A DNA stretch of 64,000 nt from Escherichia phage Killian, in the sequence record OQ446694.1; one strand, written 5' to 3'. The position numbers and the translations under genes were made by a program. Of this stretch, positions 48,977 through 59,158 are shown piece after piece. Each line of letters opens with the position of its first letter. The first letter of the stretch is position 1. The notes below the pieces were generated by a model that was given only the letters and a program-made list of their open reading frames with translations, made no database searches and was not told where the DNA came from.

Positions 48977-50178
48977 TATTTTGTAATAATGTCAAACTGT
49001 TCTTTAAAACAGAAGCTTGAATCTTGATGCTGATACAAAAATTCATAAGCTTTTTCGCGTTCACGGTCATAAAGAGTTCGGTCAGATGACAGTTCTTTAA
49101 TACGCTCAAATGTTGATTCCATGTCATTTTCATCAAACCAAACGATACCGCTATCATGAGAAATTAACGGAGTATTATCAACACGGAATTTTAAATTTTC
49201 GCCAGTAGATTTCCAAAATACTGGAATTGTTCCACATGCACCAAGCTCGAGATGAGTATATTCTAAAGAACGTTGTAGATATTTTTTATCCAACTTACTC
49301 AGCTGATAACCAAATCCGGATTTACTCATACGTTCAAGCATTTCGCTATTTACATAACGGTCAAGAATTTGCGTCGGCAAATTAGGAGCAATTTTAATTT
49401 GGTCTACTTGATGAAGACGATAATACTCGTATGGAATTCCTTTTTCTTTAATAGGAATGAACGCTGGAGAACGTTCCAGACCTTCCATAATAGTACTTAG
49501 TCCTGCAGGTTTAAGATGTTTTTCATGAAAATCAAACATCTGATAAAAGCCTTTCCATGTAGTAGTACGACCAATCCAACGGTTGATATTCATGTTAATT
49601 TCAGAAACATCTTTCCAGTAGGTTGATCGAACCTTCGCAATATCCATAGGAGGCTGAAAGTTATATACGGTCGGTGCTTCTTCAATATCATCAAACAGAG
49701 AAACTGTTTCTGGATACCATTCTTTCATTAAAACTTTATTAAAATCGCCATTATCAGAATGACTAAAAATAACATCAGCTCGACGAACAGTTTCTTCTAA
49801 TCCCAAATTTCGGCGTAAAGAAAGAGAAGAATGGTCATGCTGATAAACTACAACACGAACCGAAGGTTTAATATTATCAATAATTTTTTTATAGTTATTA
49901 ATTGTGTCTTCTTCTACTGAAGTAGCAGGAACTGAATTGATAATTAGAATATCACAATCATTTACCAGCTTAAGTGTTTTATCGTATTCTTTTGCCAATA
50001 AAACCGGAATTGAAAATGACTTATAATCATGTGCGCAATTACGAGTAAATGATTTATCTTTAGCATAAACCAAAGTTACTTCATGACCATTTTTAATAAA
50101 CCAATCACGTTGCTCAAGAGAAAATTTAGTTACACCACAACCTTCAAGACCTCGAGCCATAAAAATACATACTTTCAT
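48976..50178 (-). CDS. a-gt: Alpha-glucosyltransferase (400 aa)
   Basis: 400 aa, ...CIFMARGLEGCGVTKFSLEQRDWFIKNGHEVTLVYAKDKSF... matches T4 alpha-gt as recalled. Confidence 0.92.
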   Translation of the reverse strand: MKVCIFMARGLEGCGVTKFSLEQRDWFIKNGHEVTLVYAKDKSFTRNCAHDYKSFSIPVLLAKEYDKTLKLVNDCDILIINSVPATSVEEDTINNYKKIIDNIKPSVRVVVYQHDHSSLSLRRNLGLEETVRRADVIFSHSDNGDFNKVLMKEWYPETVSLFDDIEEAPTVYNFQPPMDIAKVRSTYWKDVSEINMNINRWIGRTTTWKGFYQMFDFHEKHLKPAGLSTIMEGLERSPAFIPIKEKGIPYEYYRLHQVDQIKIAPNLPTQILDRYVNSEMLERMSKSGFGYQLSKLDKKYLQRSLEYTHLELGACGTIPVFWKSTGENLKFRVDNTPLISHDSGIVWFDENDMESTFERIKELSSDRTLYDREREKAYEFLYQHQDSSFCFKEQFDIITK

Positions 50179-50229
50179 TTAATATCCTCATTGTTTTGGT
50201 TTATTTTACCAAAAATTTATAAAGCAATA

Positions 50230-50247
50230 TAGGAGCCGAAGCTCCTA
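50230..50247 (-). other. UUCG-tetraloop RNA hairpin upstream of a-gt
   Basis: taggagccgaagctccta. Confidence 0.45.
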
Positions 50248-50421
50248 TCCGCATAATACGCCATACAGAGGCTCATTAGAGCTTCTAAATTTTATACACT
50301 TATATGTTATAGTTCCTTCTGCTTTAGCTTTATCATGAGACTCTTTAAAACGTCTCATCATTTCTACTTTAGAGGAACGAATTTTATTATAATCTATTTC
50401 AGAAGTCTGGGTGTTCATCTT

Positions 50422-50625
50422 TCACAGTTGCCACCATTTTTTGACTTGATAAGAATCAACCCACACTTTCATATTAGGGTCTGCTCTTACAATAGGAGGA
50501 TTAACTTCTTTGATTGAACTATCATGGTATTCTTTTTCAGAAATTTTCACGCAAAGATGACCATTCAAAGATTCAGTAAATCCTGCATTAATTTTAAGAC
50601 GCTTGAATTTTACGTGTGTAAGCAT
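50422..50625 (-). CDS. Hypothetical protein (67 aa)
   Basis: ORF track trimmed from TTG to ATG with SD GAGGA. Confidence 0.45.
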   Translation of the reverse strand: MLTHVKFKRLKINAGFTESLNGHLCVKISEKEYHDSSIKEVNPPIVRADPNMKVWVDSYQVKKWWQL

Positions 50626-50911
50626 CAATCATATCCTCAATCTGCGATCTAGTAGTCTTCCAAAGAATACTAATGAGTTCATCGTTATATGGCTGTTTTA
50701 GAATATCCCGACTTTTCTTGATAGCATATTCGTATTGAGCGAAATTATTGTTTTCAGCTGCAATCTGAGCGTGTTTATAAAGACGGTTCAGTTCGCGTTT
50801 ATTTTTAGACAATAACTTATTTGCTTTTCTTTCTGCTTCAAGACGGTTCTTTTCTTCAATAGAAGAAATAAGCTTTTCCACTTCATCATTAATTTCGGGT
50901 TTATCAGTCAT
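50594..50911 (-). CDS. Hypothetical protein (105 aa)
   Basis: ORF track, ATG start; predicted helical. Confidence 0.5.
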   Translation of the reverse strand: MTDKPEINDEVEKLISSIEEKNRLEAERKANKLLSKNKRELNRLYKHAQIAAENNNFAQYEYAIKKSRDILKQPYNDELISILWKTTRSQIEDMIDAYTRKIQAS

Positions 50912-50912
50912 A

Positions 50913-51131
50913 TTATTTCTCTAATATAAAATAAAAATCATCATCTGTTAAATGATACCGATAGTTTAATTCTACACCATTAGATTTAAAAGCGGTATCA
51001 TACGGATTTTCTGGATCAATATCAATGTCAAGAGCTAAAACTTCCCTGAGATACATTTTAAGTAAATAGGGAATAGCTTCAACTTCAGGTATTTCTTCCA
51101 AGAATCCGGAGAGGTTAATCGTTAGCCTCAT
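50913..51131 (-). CDS. Hypothetical protein (72 aa)
   Basis: ORF track, ATG start. Confidence 0.5.
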
Positions 51132-51672
51132 ATAAAAAATCCAAACTAGGAGAATCGTCTACAACACTTTTCTTTTCAGCCCCTGGTGTTCTATAGGTTG
51201 ATTCTTCGTAATGCGTCATTTTATCGTAGATGTCTTGAATAAAAGTTTCATCTACTAACGCAACCATATCGTCGTCACGACTGTCATAGACATTGTGAAC
51301 GAAGTAACTATATTTCTTTGCAACTTCCTTACGTTCTTTTTTAATACGTTGGACGAATGCATTAAAACAAGCTTGAGTTATATATGCATGTGGGTTTTTA
51401 TATTTCGTTTCATCAAAATTATGAAGTCCCTTAATAGAAGCTTCTATACCATCTGCAATCATTTCTTGTTTCCAAGATTGGGTGTATCCTGAAAAGTTGA
51501 AACGTTTAGATAAGCCTTCTGCAATAAGCATAATGGCTAATCCGATAGTATCATTCTGACGAACTACTTTATTTGGGTCTTTATTATTTGCTAATTCTGT
51601 TTTCCAATCAATAATAGCTTGTAAAAGCTCTTTATTGTTTACGTAATTATATTTAGGCTTAGTTTCTGACAT
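51115..51672 (-). CDS. 55: Late sigma factor gp55 (185 aa)
   Basis: [32 protein letters not shown]... matches T4 gp55; ATG with SD AGGTG (track start is GTG two codons upstream). Confidence 0.93.
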
Positions 51673-51750
51673 TTTCACCTCTTAGCTCAATTCATAGATC
51701 TATTATATCATAATATTTGAAGATCTATCTTAAAGCATAGAGGATATCAG

Positions 51751-52020
51751 TTATCTAAGTAAACAGTATGCTTGGAACACTTTCTCCATCATCTTTTTAA
51801 ATTCATGAATATCTATGTAATGACTAGTTAAATCAGCATGATATAAAAAGTCTAAAAACTTTTCATGTGTGCTAACATATTCGCTTTCATTTAATTCAGA
51901 AACATGGCTTTCCCAATATCCAACACCAGTCTTATTTGGGAAAAATGAAATTTTCATGTATTGGTCAACATAGAAAATTCCATAATTTTCAATAGTAATA
52001 GAAATATTAATAAATTTCAT
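51751..52020 (-). CDS. Hypothetical protein (89 aa)
   Basis: ORF track, ATG start. Confidence 0.5.
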   Translation of the reverse strand: MKFINISITIENYGIFYVDQYMKISFFPNKTGVGYWESHVSELNESEYVSTHEKFLDFLYHADLTSHYIDIHEFKKMMEKVFQAYCLLR

Positions 52021-52232
52021 GCATTCATCAACTTAGCCGCTTCAAGAGCTGCATCTAGTGAATCAAATTGGTCAACGTATTCAATCAATTCGCCATAATT
52101 GGCGTATAACCACCATTGGCTAAATTCATACTCAAGGATGAATCCATTTCCTTCAATTTGAGTTAAACCAATGCCATTTGTATTTACTTCATATCCGGCA
52201 AGACGCAAATCGTTAATAAGAACTTCGTTCAT
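52017..52232 (-). CDS. Hypothetical protein (71 aa)
   Basis: ORF track, ATG start. Confidence 0.5.
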   Translation of the reverse strand: MNEVLINDLRLAGYEVNTNGIGLTQIEGNGFILEYEFSQWWLYANYGELIEYVDQFDSLDAALEAAKLMNA

Positions 52233-52234
52233 AA

Positions 52235-52561
52235 TTATGCCTTAGTAATTTTCAGGTCAGCAAATTTTTTCTTGCGTTGATTTTTCATACGACGAATAGT
52301 TTTATCGGAAATTTCATGTTTTTGATAAGCTTTAGATTCTACACCAAAAGCTTTAACATCAAATTCTGACAAAATATATTGAACCAACAATTCACGGACA
52401 GTATTGCGTCCAATTTTCTGATCATTCTGTTTCATCGTCTGATGAAGTTCTTTTTCCCATTTATCCAAAATTTGAGGAGTTACAATATCGCCTTTTTCTA
52501 GCAAAGAAACTACTTTATCATATGCATAAGAATTGATGGCGTTTTTAATTTGAATAGTCAT
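52235..52561 (-). CDS. Hypothetical protein (108 aa)
   Basis: ORF track, ATG start; basic C-terminus. Confidence 0.5.
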   Translation of the reverse strand: MTIQIKNAINSYAYDKVVSLLEKGDIVTPQILDKWEKELHQTMKQNDQKIGRNTVRELLVQYILSEFDVKAFGVESKAYQKHEISDKTIRRMKNQRKKKFADLKITKA

Positions 52562-52600
52562 ACATTATCCTCAATTACATTAAAATTTTATTATCCAAAA

Positions 52601-52616
52601 AAGGGCCGAAGCCCTT
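52601..52616 (-). terminator. UUCG-tetraloop terminator hairpin
   Basis: aagggccgaagccctt followed by UUUUUUGG on the minus strand. Confidence 0.6.
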
Positions 52617-52815
52617 AGCTAAACTGTTTGGCACCCTTCCAGCCTTCGTACATCATTGCGGCTGATATTAATATTGCTCCTGCGCATTTTGAATATTTGT
52701 GATTCCAAAACCAGTTTAGAAAAACTTCGTCATCAATACCTTGAGCTATCATATTTTCAAAGAACTGACGACGAGCTTCAGCAATTCGTTGCGATAATTT
52801 AGATTCAGGATTCAT
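52615..52815 (-). CDS. Hypothetical protein (66 aa)
   Basis: ORF track, ATG start. Confidence 0.5.
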   Translation of the reverse strand: MNPESKLSQRIAEARRQFFENMIAQGIDDEVFLNWFWNHKYSKCAGAILISAAMMYEGWKGAKQFS

Positions 52816-52947
52816 TTAAATTTTCCAGTTACCATTTTCATCAATAAATTTAATCCAGTCATTTACTGACCACTTGGTCGTATCGCCTTTTGGAGCAACA
52901 TTTAAAGTGTATAATCCTTGTTTAAAAAGCATGCGTTTGATATTCAT
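52816..52947 (-). CDS. Small hypothetical protein (43 aa)
   Basis: ORF track 52816..53031 trimmed to the ATG with SD GAGGA, which removes the overlap with the upstream ORF. Confidence 0.35.
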   Translation of the reverse strand: MNIKRMLFKQGLYTLNVAPKGDTTKWSVNDWIKFIDENGNWKI

Positions 52948-52954
52948 ATTTTCC

Positions 52955-53248
52955 TCAGCTGTAACGATAGCACTCGTTTGATTTACGCTTAGCAACTCGT
53001 TGAGAAGTATTGTAATCAAAATCATCGTCAATGTAAACTGATTTTTTCAACTTTCTTACTTCACCACGTAATTGGCGATTTAACTCATCTTTAACTTCTG
53101 AATCAATGCCTTTCATTCTACGCCATTTATCAGAGCGAAAAATGTTTTCGACCATATCTTTATGACTTACACCATCAGGAGCTTTACGCTTTCCAAAATA
53201 GTCATAATCACGCACTTTTAAATCTTTACGACGATACGTTTTACCCAT
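52955..53248 (-). CDS. Hypothetical basic protein (97 aa; start uncertain)
   Basis: ORF track 52955..53293 (GTG) trimmed to the first ATG. Confidence 0.4.
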   Translation of the reverse strand: MGKTYRRKDLKVRDYDYFGKRKAPDGVSHKDMVENIFRSDKWRRMKGIDSEVKDELNRQLRGEVRKLKKSVYIDDDFDYNTSQRVAKRKSNECYRYS

Positions 53249-53423
53249 GGAGTTTAATTTCCTTAGCAACTGAACTAAATACAGCACGATCACAAATCAT
53301 CTGTTTATGTAACTTGAGTATAAGATAATAAACTTCAAAGCCGTTTACATAAGTAACACGAACAACATTACCATTAATAAAATAATACTGTCCCTTTTTA
53401 ATTTCTTTATCAACCACAACCAT
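53241..53423 (-). CDS. Hypothetical protein (60 aa)
   Basis: ORF track, ATG start; promoter just upstream. Confidence 0.5.
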   Translation of the reverse strand: MVVVDKEIKKGQYYFINGNVVRVTYVNGFEVYYLILKLHKQMICDRAVFSSVAKEIKLHG

Positions 53424-53453
53424 ATCAATTCCTCAAAGGCAATTCATGTGTTA

Positions 53454-53483
53454 ATAATACCACAGTTTGAACTTCTTGTAAAC
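53454..53483 (-). promoter_or_regulatory. Early sigma70-type promoter
   Basis: Minus strand GTTTAC-18 nt-TGgTATTAT. Confidence 0.5.
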
Positions 53484-53562
53484 AACTTTGTGAAAATTAT
53501 TTTAGGGAACGATAAGAAGGGAACGATAGTTAGAATGGTAATATACAGAATGTGAGAAAGAA

Positions 53563-53577
53563 AGGCCCAGAGGGCCC
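53563..53577 (-). terminator. Terminator hairpin after nrdH
   Basis: GGCCC-AGA-GGGCC stem-loop followed by U-rich tract on the minus strand. Confidence 0.5.
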
Positions 53578-53580
53578 ATC

Positions 53581-53889
53581 TTAGTCTTCTATGATATCTC
53601 TATCATATCCAAGTGAAATGAGAGTTTCTTTGAAGTGTTTAATGTTCTTTTGTCTAGAATCATTGATGAAAATGACTGGATAACGAATGTTAAGAGATGT
53701 GAATCCAGCGCGTTTAGCAAGAGATACAATCAGTGGACGATCATACTCAATCTTACCATTATTTGTAAGAACTTTATAGAAAGTAAAAGGAGCATTGAGC
53801 TCCTTTAGAAGTTTTGTAACTGATTGACATCCAGGACAACGACCTACTTCATCTGGAATTCCATAGACTTCAATCTTGTTTTGTTTCAC
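53581..53889 (-). CDS. nrdH: Glutaredoxin-like protein NrdH (102 aa, GTG start)
   Basis: CPGC redox motif; adjacent to nrdG and nrdD; SD AAGGAA before GTG. Confidence 0.8.
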   Translation of the reverse strand: MKQNKIEVYGIPDEVGRCPGCQSVTKLLKELNAPFTFYKVLTNNGKIEYDRPLIVSLAKRAGFTSLNIRYPVIFINDSRQKNIKHFKETLISLGYDRDIIED

Positions 53890-53891
53890 AA

Positions 53892-54104
53892 CTATTCCTT
53901 ACTAAGAGCAGCATTCAGCTTATTAGTAATTTTATCCAGACGCTCATTGAACTCGCTAGAAGATAGTCCTTTTTCTGGAGAAATTAAGCTAATCACGAAA
54001 AATATAGCAATAAAAGGAATAAGAAAAATAGCACCAACTGCCATAAACAAAAAGAACGTTACAGTTGTAAGAAAATCAGCTAAACCTTTACGAAATTTAT
54101 ACAT
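53892..54104 (-). CDS. Small membrane protein (70 aa)
   Basis: Hydrophobic core FFLFMAVGAIFLIPFIAIFFVISLI; ATG start. Confidence 0.5.
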   Translation of the reverse strand: MYKFRKGLADFLTTVTFFLFMAVGAIFLIPFIAIFFVISLISPEKGLSSSEFNERLDKITNKLNAALSKE

Positions 54105-54219
54105 ATTTTACCCTTAATTGATTAACCAAGCATTGATAAGCACTAAACTATATTGTGAATAAAATTCTGGACCAAAATGAAAAATCATATCATTTATAGT
54201 GTCCATAATATAATTCAAT

Positions 54220-54690
54220 TTAATCATGTTTCCACACCCCATCGGTATTTGACCAAAGTCGCTGATTATCTGATCCTCGCCACAGCTTTTTGGTCGGAAG
54301 ATTTTTCTCATACTTCCCATCAATAATAACATCAACATATTTAAGCATTTCTAGTTGTTTAATATCCTCAAACTTATATCCTGTCCACAACCAAATGCTT
54401 TTATTTGGATAAAGATTTTTTACTGTTTGAACAATGCAATGAACAACATCTCGGTTATCAGGATAGAGAGGGTCTCCTCCAGTTATAGTTAATCCTTCTA
54501 TATAATCATTATTCAAACATTCAATTAATTGTTCCAGTGTTTCACCAGTGAATGGAACGCCATTTCTAGCATTCCACGTTGATTTATTATAACACCCTTC
54601 GCATTTATGCAAACAACCTGTAACGAAAAGAACGACCCTGCATCCAGGGCCATTCACAAAATCGCAGGGATAAAATCTATCGTAATTCAT
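54220..54690 (-). CDS. nrdG: Anaerobic ribonucleotide reductase activating protein NrdG (156 aa)
   Basis: Radical-SAM cysteine cluster CLHKCEGC; 156 aa; adjacent to nrdD. Confidence 0.9.
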   Translation of the reverse strand: MNYDRFYPCDFVNGPGCRVVLFVTGCLHKCEGCYNKSTWNARNGVPFTGETLEQLIECLNNDYIEGLTITGGDPLYPDNRDVVHCIVQTVKNLYPNKSIWLWTGYKFEDIKQLEMLKYVDVIIDGKYEKNLPTKKLWRGSDNQRLWSNTDGVWKHD

Positions 54691-56504
54691 TGGTGTTTAA
54701 CCCTATGCATGATTTCTTTATTTTTGCCGAGATTAAATCCGCGTTCATTCGGATTTCCCAAATAACCACAAGTTCTTCTTATTGTGTTCATCTTTTTAGG
54801 ATCAGTTTCTCCACAAATAGAACAAACAAACCCGTTTTCAGTAGGAGTCATTTCATGGGTACTTCCGCATGTAAAACATTTATCTACTGGCATATTAACA
54901 CCAAAATAATCTAAATGTTGTGCAGCATAATCCCATACAGCCTCAAGACCTTTTAGGTTATTTTTCATATCAGGAAGTTCAACATAAGAAATGTGACCAC
55001 CTGTCGCAATGAAATGATATGGGGCTTCGCGAGAAATCTTTTCAAATGGAGTAATATTTTCTTCTACCGAAACGTGGAAACTGTTAGTGTACCAGCCTTT
55101 ATCGGTAACATCTTTTACACTTCCATATTTTTCGGTATCAAGTTTACAGAAGCGATAGCACAGGTTTTCAGCAGGTGTAGAATACAAACTAAAAGCAAAA
55201 CCGGTTCTTTCAGTCCACTGCTTAAGATGAGCATTCATTTTAGTTAAAATTTCTTGTCCAATATCACGACCGACAAGAATATTCAATTCGTGAATACCAA
55301 TGTATCCTAGGGACACTGAACTTCTACCGTTTTTAAATAACTCAATTATATCGTCATCAGGTTTAAGACGAACCCCGAATGCACCTTCTTGATAAAGAAT
55401 AGGAGCAACAGTCGCTTTAACTCCTTTTAAGGAACTAATTCTACACATCAAAGCTTCAAAACACAAATCCATTCGTTCATTGAACAATTCAGCAAATTTC
55501 TGTTCATTGAACTGTGTTCCAATATAAGAATCTAGTGCAATGCGAGGAAGATTCAGTGTTACAACACCAAGATTATTACGTCCATCAAGAATTTCATTAC
55601 CAGTCGAATCTTTCCATACACCCAAGAAACTACGACAACCCATTGGAGAAACAGGAATAGATGAACCGGTGATAGCTTTATTGTTCTTAGCTGAAATAAT
55701 ATCAGGATACATTCTTTTGCTTGCACACTCTAGAGCAAGCTGCTTAATATCATAGTTTGGATCGTCTTTATAAAGATTAACACCTTCTTCAACGAACATA
55801 ACAAGCTTAGGGAAAATAGGAGTTATCCCATCACGACCAAGACCTTTAATACGATTTTTCAGAATTGCTTTCTGAATCATTCGTTCAGTCCAGTCAGTTC
55901 CCGTACCAAATGTAATTGTTACAAAAGGCGTTTGTCCGTTTGAACTAAAGAGAGTATTTACTTCATATTCATAAGCTTGGAATGCATCGTATACGTCTTT
56001 TTCTGTTTTAGACTGGGCGTAATTCAACGCATCAGCGATTTGCCATTTTTCTGCGTCCTCAATATGTTTTGCGTAGGTGCGTTTAACATAAGGAGAAAGG
56101 ACTTTATCTACATTCGCAAAAGTCGTTCCGCCATATTGATGGGAAGCAACCTGCGCAGTAATTTGTGCCATAATTGCAGTAGCAACGCCGATTGATTTAG
56201 GAGTTTCAATCTGCGCATTACCGAGCTTAAATCCATTCTCAAGCATTCCTTTTAAATCGACTAAACAGCAATTAGTAAAAGGCAATGATATACTGTAATC
56301 TAAATCATGAAAATGAATTAATCCAACATTATGTGCATTTACAATATGACTTGGAAGAATACGACAAGCGATATGTTTAGAAACAATACCGGCCATTAAA
56401 TCTCTTTTTGTTGGAAAGACACGAGAATCTTTGTTGGCGTTTTCGGTATTTAATTCTTTATCTTTATTTGAAATAAAATTTAAAACATCTTTCTCTAAAG
56501 ACAT
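54687..56504 (-). CDS. nrdD: Anaerobic ribonucleotide reductase NrdD, uninterrupted (605 aa)
   Basis: C-terminal zinc ribbon CFTCGS...CSICG and glycyl-radical RxCGY motif; continuous 605-aa ORF. Confidence 0.93.
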   Translation of the reverse strand: MSLEKDVLNFISNKDKELNTENANKDSRVFPTKRDLMAGIVSKHIACRILPSHIVNAHNVGLIHFHDLDYSISLPFTNCCLVDLKGMLENGFKLGNAQIETPKSIGVATAIMAQITAQVASHQYGGTTFANVDKVLSPYVKRTYAKHIEDAEKWQIADALNYAQSKTEKDVYDAFQAYEYEVNTLFSSNGQTPFVTITFGTGTDWTERMIQKAILKNRIKGLGRDGITPIFPKLVMFVEEGVNLYKDDPNYDIKQLALECASKRMYPDIISAKNNKAITGSSIPVSPMGCRSFLGVWKDSTGNEILDGRNNLGVVTLNLPRIALDSYIGTQFNEQKFAELFNERMDLCFEALMCRISSLKGVKATVAPILYQEGAFGVRLKPDDDIIELFKNGRSSVSLGYIGIHELNILVGRDIGQEILTKMNAHLKQWTERTGFAFSLYSTPAENLCYRFCKLDTEKYGSVKDVTDKGWYTNSFHVSVEENITPFEKISREAPYHFIATGGHISYVELPDMKNNLKGLEAVWDYAAQHLDYFGVNMPVDKCFTCGSTHEMTPTENGFVCSICGETDPKKMNTIRRTCGYLGNPNERGFNLGKNKEIMHRVKHQ

Positions 56505-57316
56505 AATTCTAATTTATCCTTTTGAAATTCTTCGTCTAAATATGGGTTCCAACCCATTTTAAACCTTTTGATGAAATTATCAATTCTAAATTTCGGTAAG
56601 TTTAAATCCGCAAAAATAGATGATTTACTTTTAAAATCTGGACCTAAATAATCATATAAAATTTCTGCGTATTTTAACCATAATATACAAGTACCAGATT
56701 TAATTGCTCTCGGAGTTTTCCAAGGTTTTACACCATACATCGGATTTCCACTTCCTTTATGCCTGATAGAAGATGAAATTCCAATTTTAATTTTAGCTTC
56801 CTTTGTATGCGAAAATCCACGATGCGGATTTTCTTTCCAGTATTTTTTAGAAGCTTCTGATATTTTCTTTCTGGCTAAATTAGTATGATGCTTTCCATAA
56901 AATCCATGATTTTTGCCTTTATTACGATTTCTTTTAATCATGGTTATTGATTGCTTTTCTCTAGTTTCTTTAGAAGGAGAAATACCATATGTCGTAAATT
57001 TGCCATCAGCATATGCTAAATTAAAATACTCTTTATTCCATACATCTTTTTCTATATTCTTTTGAAATTCAGCTTCAATGCTAGTTATTTGTTCATCTCC
57101 GACTAATTGAAAATATAATATTTCAACTTTCGGCGTTTCTTTCAACAGGGCTTTTTGAAATTCGGAAGATGACGAAGACGAATAATAAAATTTACCATTT
57201 TTATCAATAATATTCGTTCCGTCAAAAGTGCAATTGGTTTTACTTCCAATATAATAATATGGTGGGGTTTTAGCATTAATTCTACTAATAAATGATAGTT
57301 TATATACTACATTCAT
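56495..57316 (-). mobile_element. Free-standing GIY-YIG-like (Seg-type) homing endonuclease gene (273 aa)
   Basis: N-terminal VVYKLSF...YYYIGSKT and NUMOD-like repeats KNHGFYGKHHT, GSGNPMYGVKPW; overlaps nrdD start by 10 nt and gene 49 stop by 4 nt. Confidence 0.6.
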
Positions 57317-57786
57317 TTTAAACTCTTTCTAAGCTGCTTCTTAAATGAAGCTATTAATTGTGTTTTAGTGTCAGATTCATTATATTCAAATCCTCTTTGA
57401 AGCATCTCAGCCATCATTTCCTCTTTTCCTAAACGAGAAAATTCCTTTGATTTATCTCCAACGAAGTTAGGGTGAATATTATTTTGGGTGTAATCGGATT
57501 TTAAATAAGTAAGTAAATTTTCTAACCATTCAAGATAATCAACGCCTTGTCCCTTTAAGCCAGAACGATTAAATTTGTGTTTCATTTGACCTTCCGCTGC
57601 ATTGCAAAGATTACAGAGCAATCCACGTACCTTTCCTGCTTTTGGTCCATTTAATTCATGGTCATGGTCGAGGTGATTAGCTTGAACATCAGGATTTAGT
57701 TCTCGTTGGCAAATTAAGCATTTACCGTTTTGTGCATTATAAAATTTTTGTTTTTCTTCTTTGTATAATTTGCCAGTCAATAACAT
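57313..57786 (-). CDS. 49: Endonuclease VII gp49 (157 aa)
   Basis: 157 aa; N-terminal zinc cluster CLIC...CNLCN and H-N-H-like core HLDHDHELNG; synteny. Confidence 0.88.
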   Translation of the reverse strand: MLLTGKLYKEEKQKFYNAQNGKCLICQRELNPDVQANHLDHDHELNGPKAGKVRGLLCNLCNAAEGQMKHKFNRSGLKGQGVDYLEWLENLLTYLKSDYTQNNIHPNFVGDKSKEFSRLGKEEMMAEMLQRGFEYNESDTKTQLIASFKKQLRKSLK

Positions 57787-57828
57787 AATTAAACCCTTAC
57801 CTTAAATAGATAAGGGTATTTATTATTT

Positions 57829-58314
57829 TCAAGTATTGTAAAACATTTGATGCAATCGCTTATATTGCCGAATCTTTTGGTCAGAAAAAGAAATTTGAGT
57901 TTCAAGCCATTCAATATATTCTGCTGCAGCTTGCATTAAATTTCCTTCATAACCATCATTATTTTCTTGTGCAGCTAATTTAGCTAATGCATATGAAATA
58001 CGTTCACCTTGAAAAGCGGCTTTAGGTTTATGAAGAGCTTGATCAACTCGTTCTACAACTTCTTCAATTTCGCCATTTTCCGCTGATTCAGTATTCCACA
58101 AGCACCAATACGTAATTGGCTTATCATAGATGTTAATAATCTTTCCATCAGAAAGTTCAATTTCAATAATTCCAGTATCAGGTTCTATATCATCTTCGCA
58201 TTCTTTTGCAAGTTCACGAACTTTAAAGACAGTACCTGCACTAAGTTCCGGCCAGTAATTACACAGCCCTTTATCAGCACGATTAATTCTAAACCACTTA
58301 TCTACTGCAATCAT
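57829..58314 (-). CDS. pin: Pin-like protein (161 aa)
   Basis: 161 aa from the ATG with SD GGAG (track start is TTG); next to gene 49 as for T4 pin; size and synteny only. Confidence 0.5.
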   Translation of the reverse strand: MIAVDKWFRINRADKGLCNYWPELSAGTVFKVRELAKECEDDIEPDTGIIEIELSDGKIINIYDKPITYWCLWNTESAENGEIEEVVERVDQALHKPKAAFQGERISYALAKLAAQENNDGYEGNLMQAAAEYIEWLETQISFSDQKIRQYKRLHQMFYNT

Positions 58315-58437
58315 GTCCCATCTCCATATCAATTAAGTCGTTTATCGTCGGTTCATTATATACTGTTTCTTCATCAGTGTAAACCGGTTCTTCCGGCTCT
58401 GGCTCTACTGTTTCCCATCTAGCCGCCCACCAAGGTT

Positions 58438-58758
58438 TTATAGCGTAATCCATTCTCGTACTGTCTGAGTTACTACACGTTCACGGGGCTCGACTAGTTC
58501 AACAGTCGGAACTGCATAATACCAGTCAGAATGATAAGAACCTGAGCGAGATTCATTTACGGAAACATGTACATTGTGTTTTGGACTAAAATAAACACAC
58601 TGACGATATTGGCATTTACCATCTTGCACCCAGTCTTTTATTTCGACAGGTTTAAGATAATCCGAAAAATCGAAATCATAATTTTCTGAAAATGCATCAT
58701 GGTCTTCGATGATTTCACTCAGAACTGCATCAACATCTAATTTATTTTCAATATTCAT
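58438..58758 (-). CDS. Hypothetical acidic protein (106 aa)
   Basis: ORF track, ATG start. Confidence 0.5.
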   Translation of the reverse strand: MNIENKLDVDAVLSEIIEDHDAFSENYDFDFSDYLKPVEIKDWVQDGKCQYRQCVYFSPKHNVHVSVNESRSGSYHSDWYYAVPTVELVEPRERVVTQTVREWITL

Positions 58759-58768
58759 TTTTCACCAA

Positions 58769-59158
58769 TTAATTTCGCAATTTATTAAGTTCTTCATAAT
58801 CAATCCAGGATTCTAGTCCTGATGGCAAATCAGATTCAATTTCCCAAAGAAGTTCTTCAATTTTCTGAAGACGATCTAATTCTTCAGCAGGAATAGTAAC
58901 CATTGACGGAGTTCTTGATACGCTAATATCGTAAATCATATTTACCCCCAGTTTGACCATACAATCGCCATATTTCCATTTAGAAATAGACTTTTCACCA
59001 TTAGAATAATAAACTTCAAGTTTAGCACGATTATTTTTAATTTGAATAACCTTTGCTGTCATCAAAGTTCCATACCCATAATAAACTGCAACCTCATCAC
59101 CTACATATACCGCGCTTCCGCGGTAGTCATGGATATAATCAGTTCCTTCGAGCATCAT
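58769..59158 (-). CDS. Hypothetical protein (129 aa)
   Basis: ORF track, ATG start; 4-nt overlap with nrdC. Confidence 0.5.
   Translation of the reverse strand: MMLEGTDYIHDYRGSAVYVGDEVAVYYGYGTLMTAKVIQIKNNRAKLEVYYSNGEKSISKWKYGDCMVKLGVNMIYDISVSRTPSMVTIPAEELDRLQKIEELLWEIESDLPSGLESWIDYEELNKLRN

Noticed and set aside
48412-49157. ORFs 48412-48612 and 48936-49157 nested in the endonuclease gene and alpha-gt
   Set aside because: Same-strand alternative frames inside strongly supported genes.
54114-54338. 74-aa ORF overlapping the 3-prime end of nrdG
   Set aside because: Overlaps nrdG by about 120 nt in another frame, with no SD; likely spurious.
54687-56504. Group I intron in nrdD
   Set aside because: The nrdD reading frame is continuous over 605 codons, so there is no intron in this gene here.
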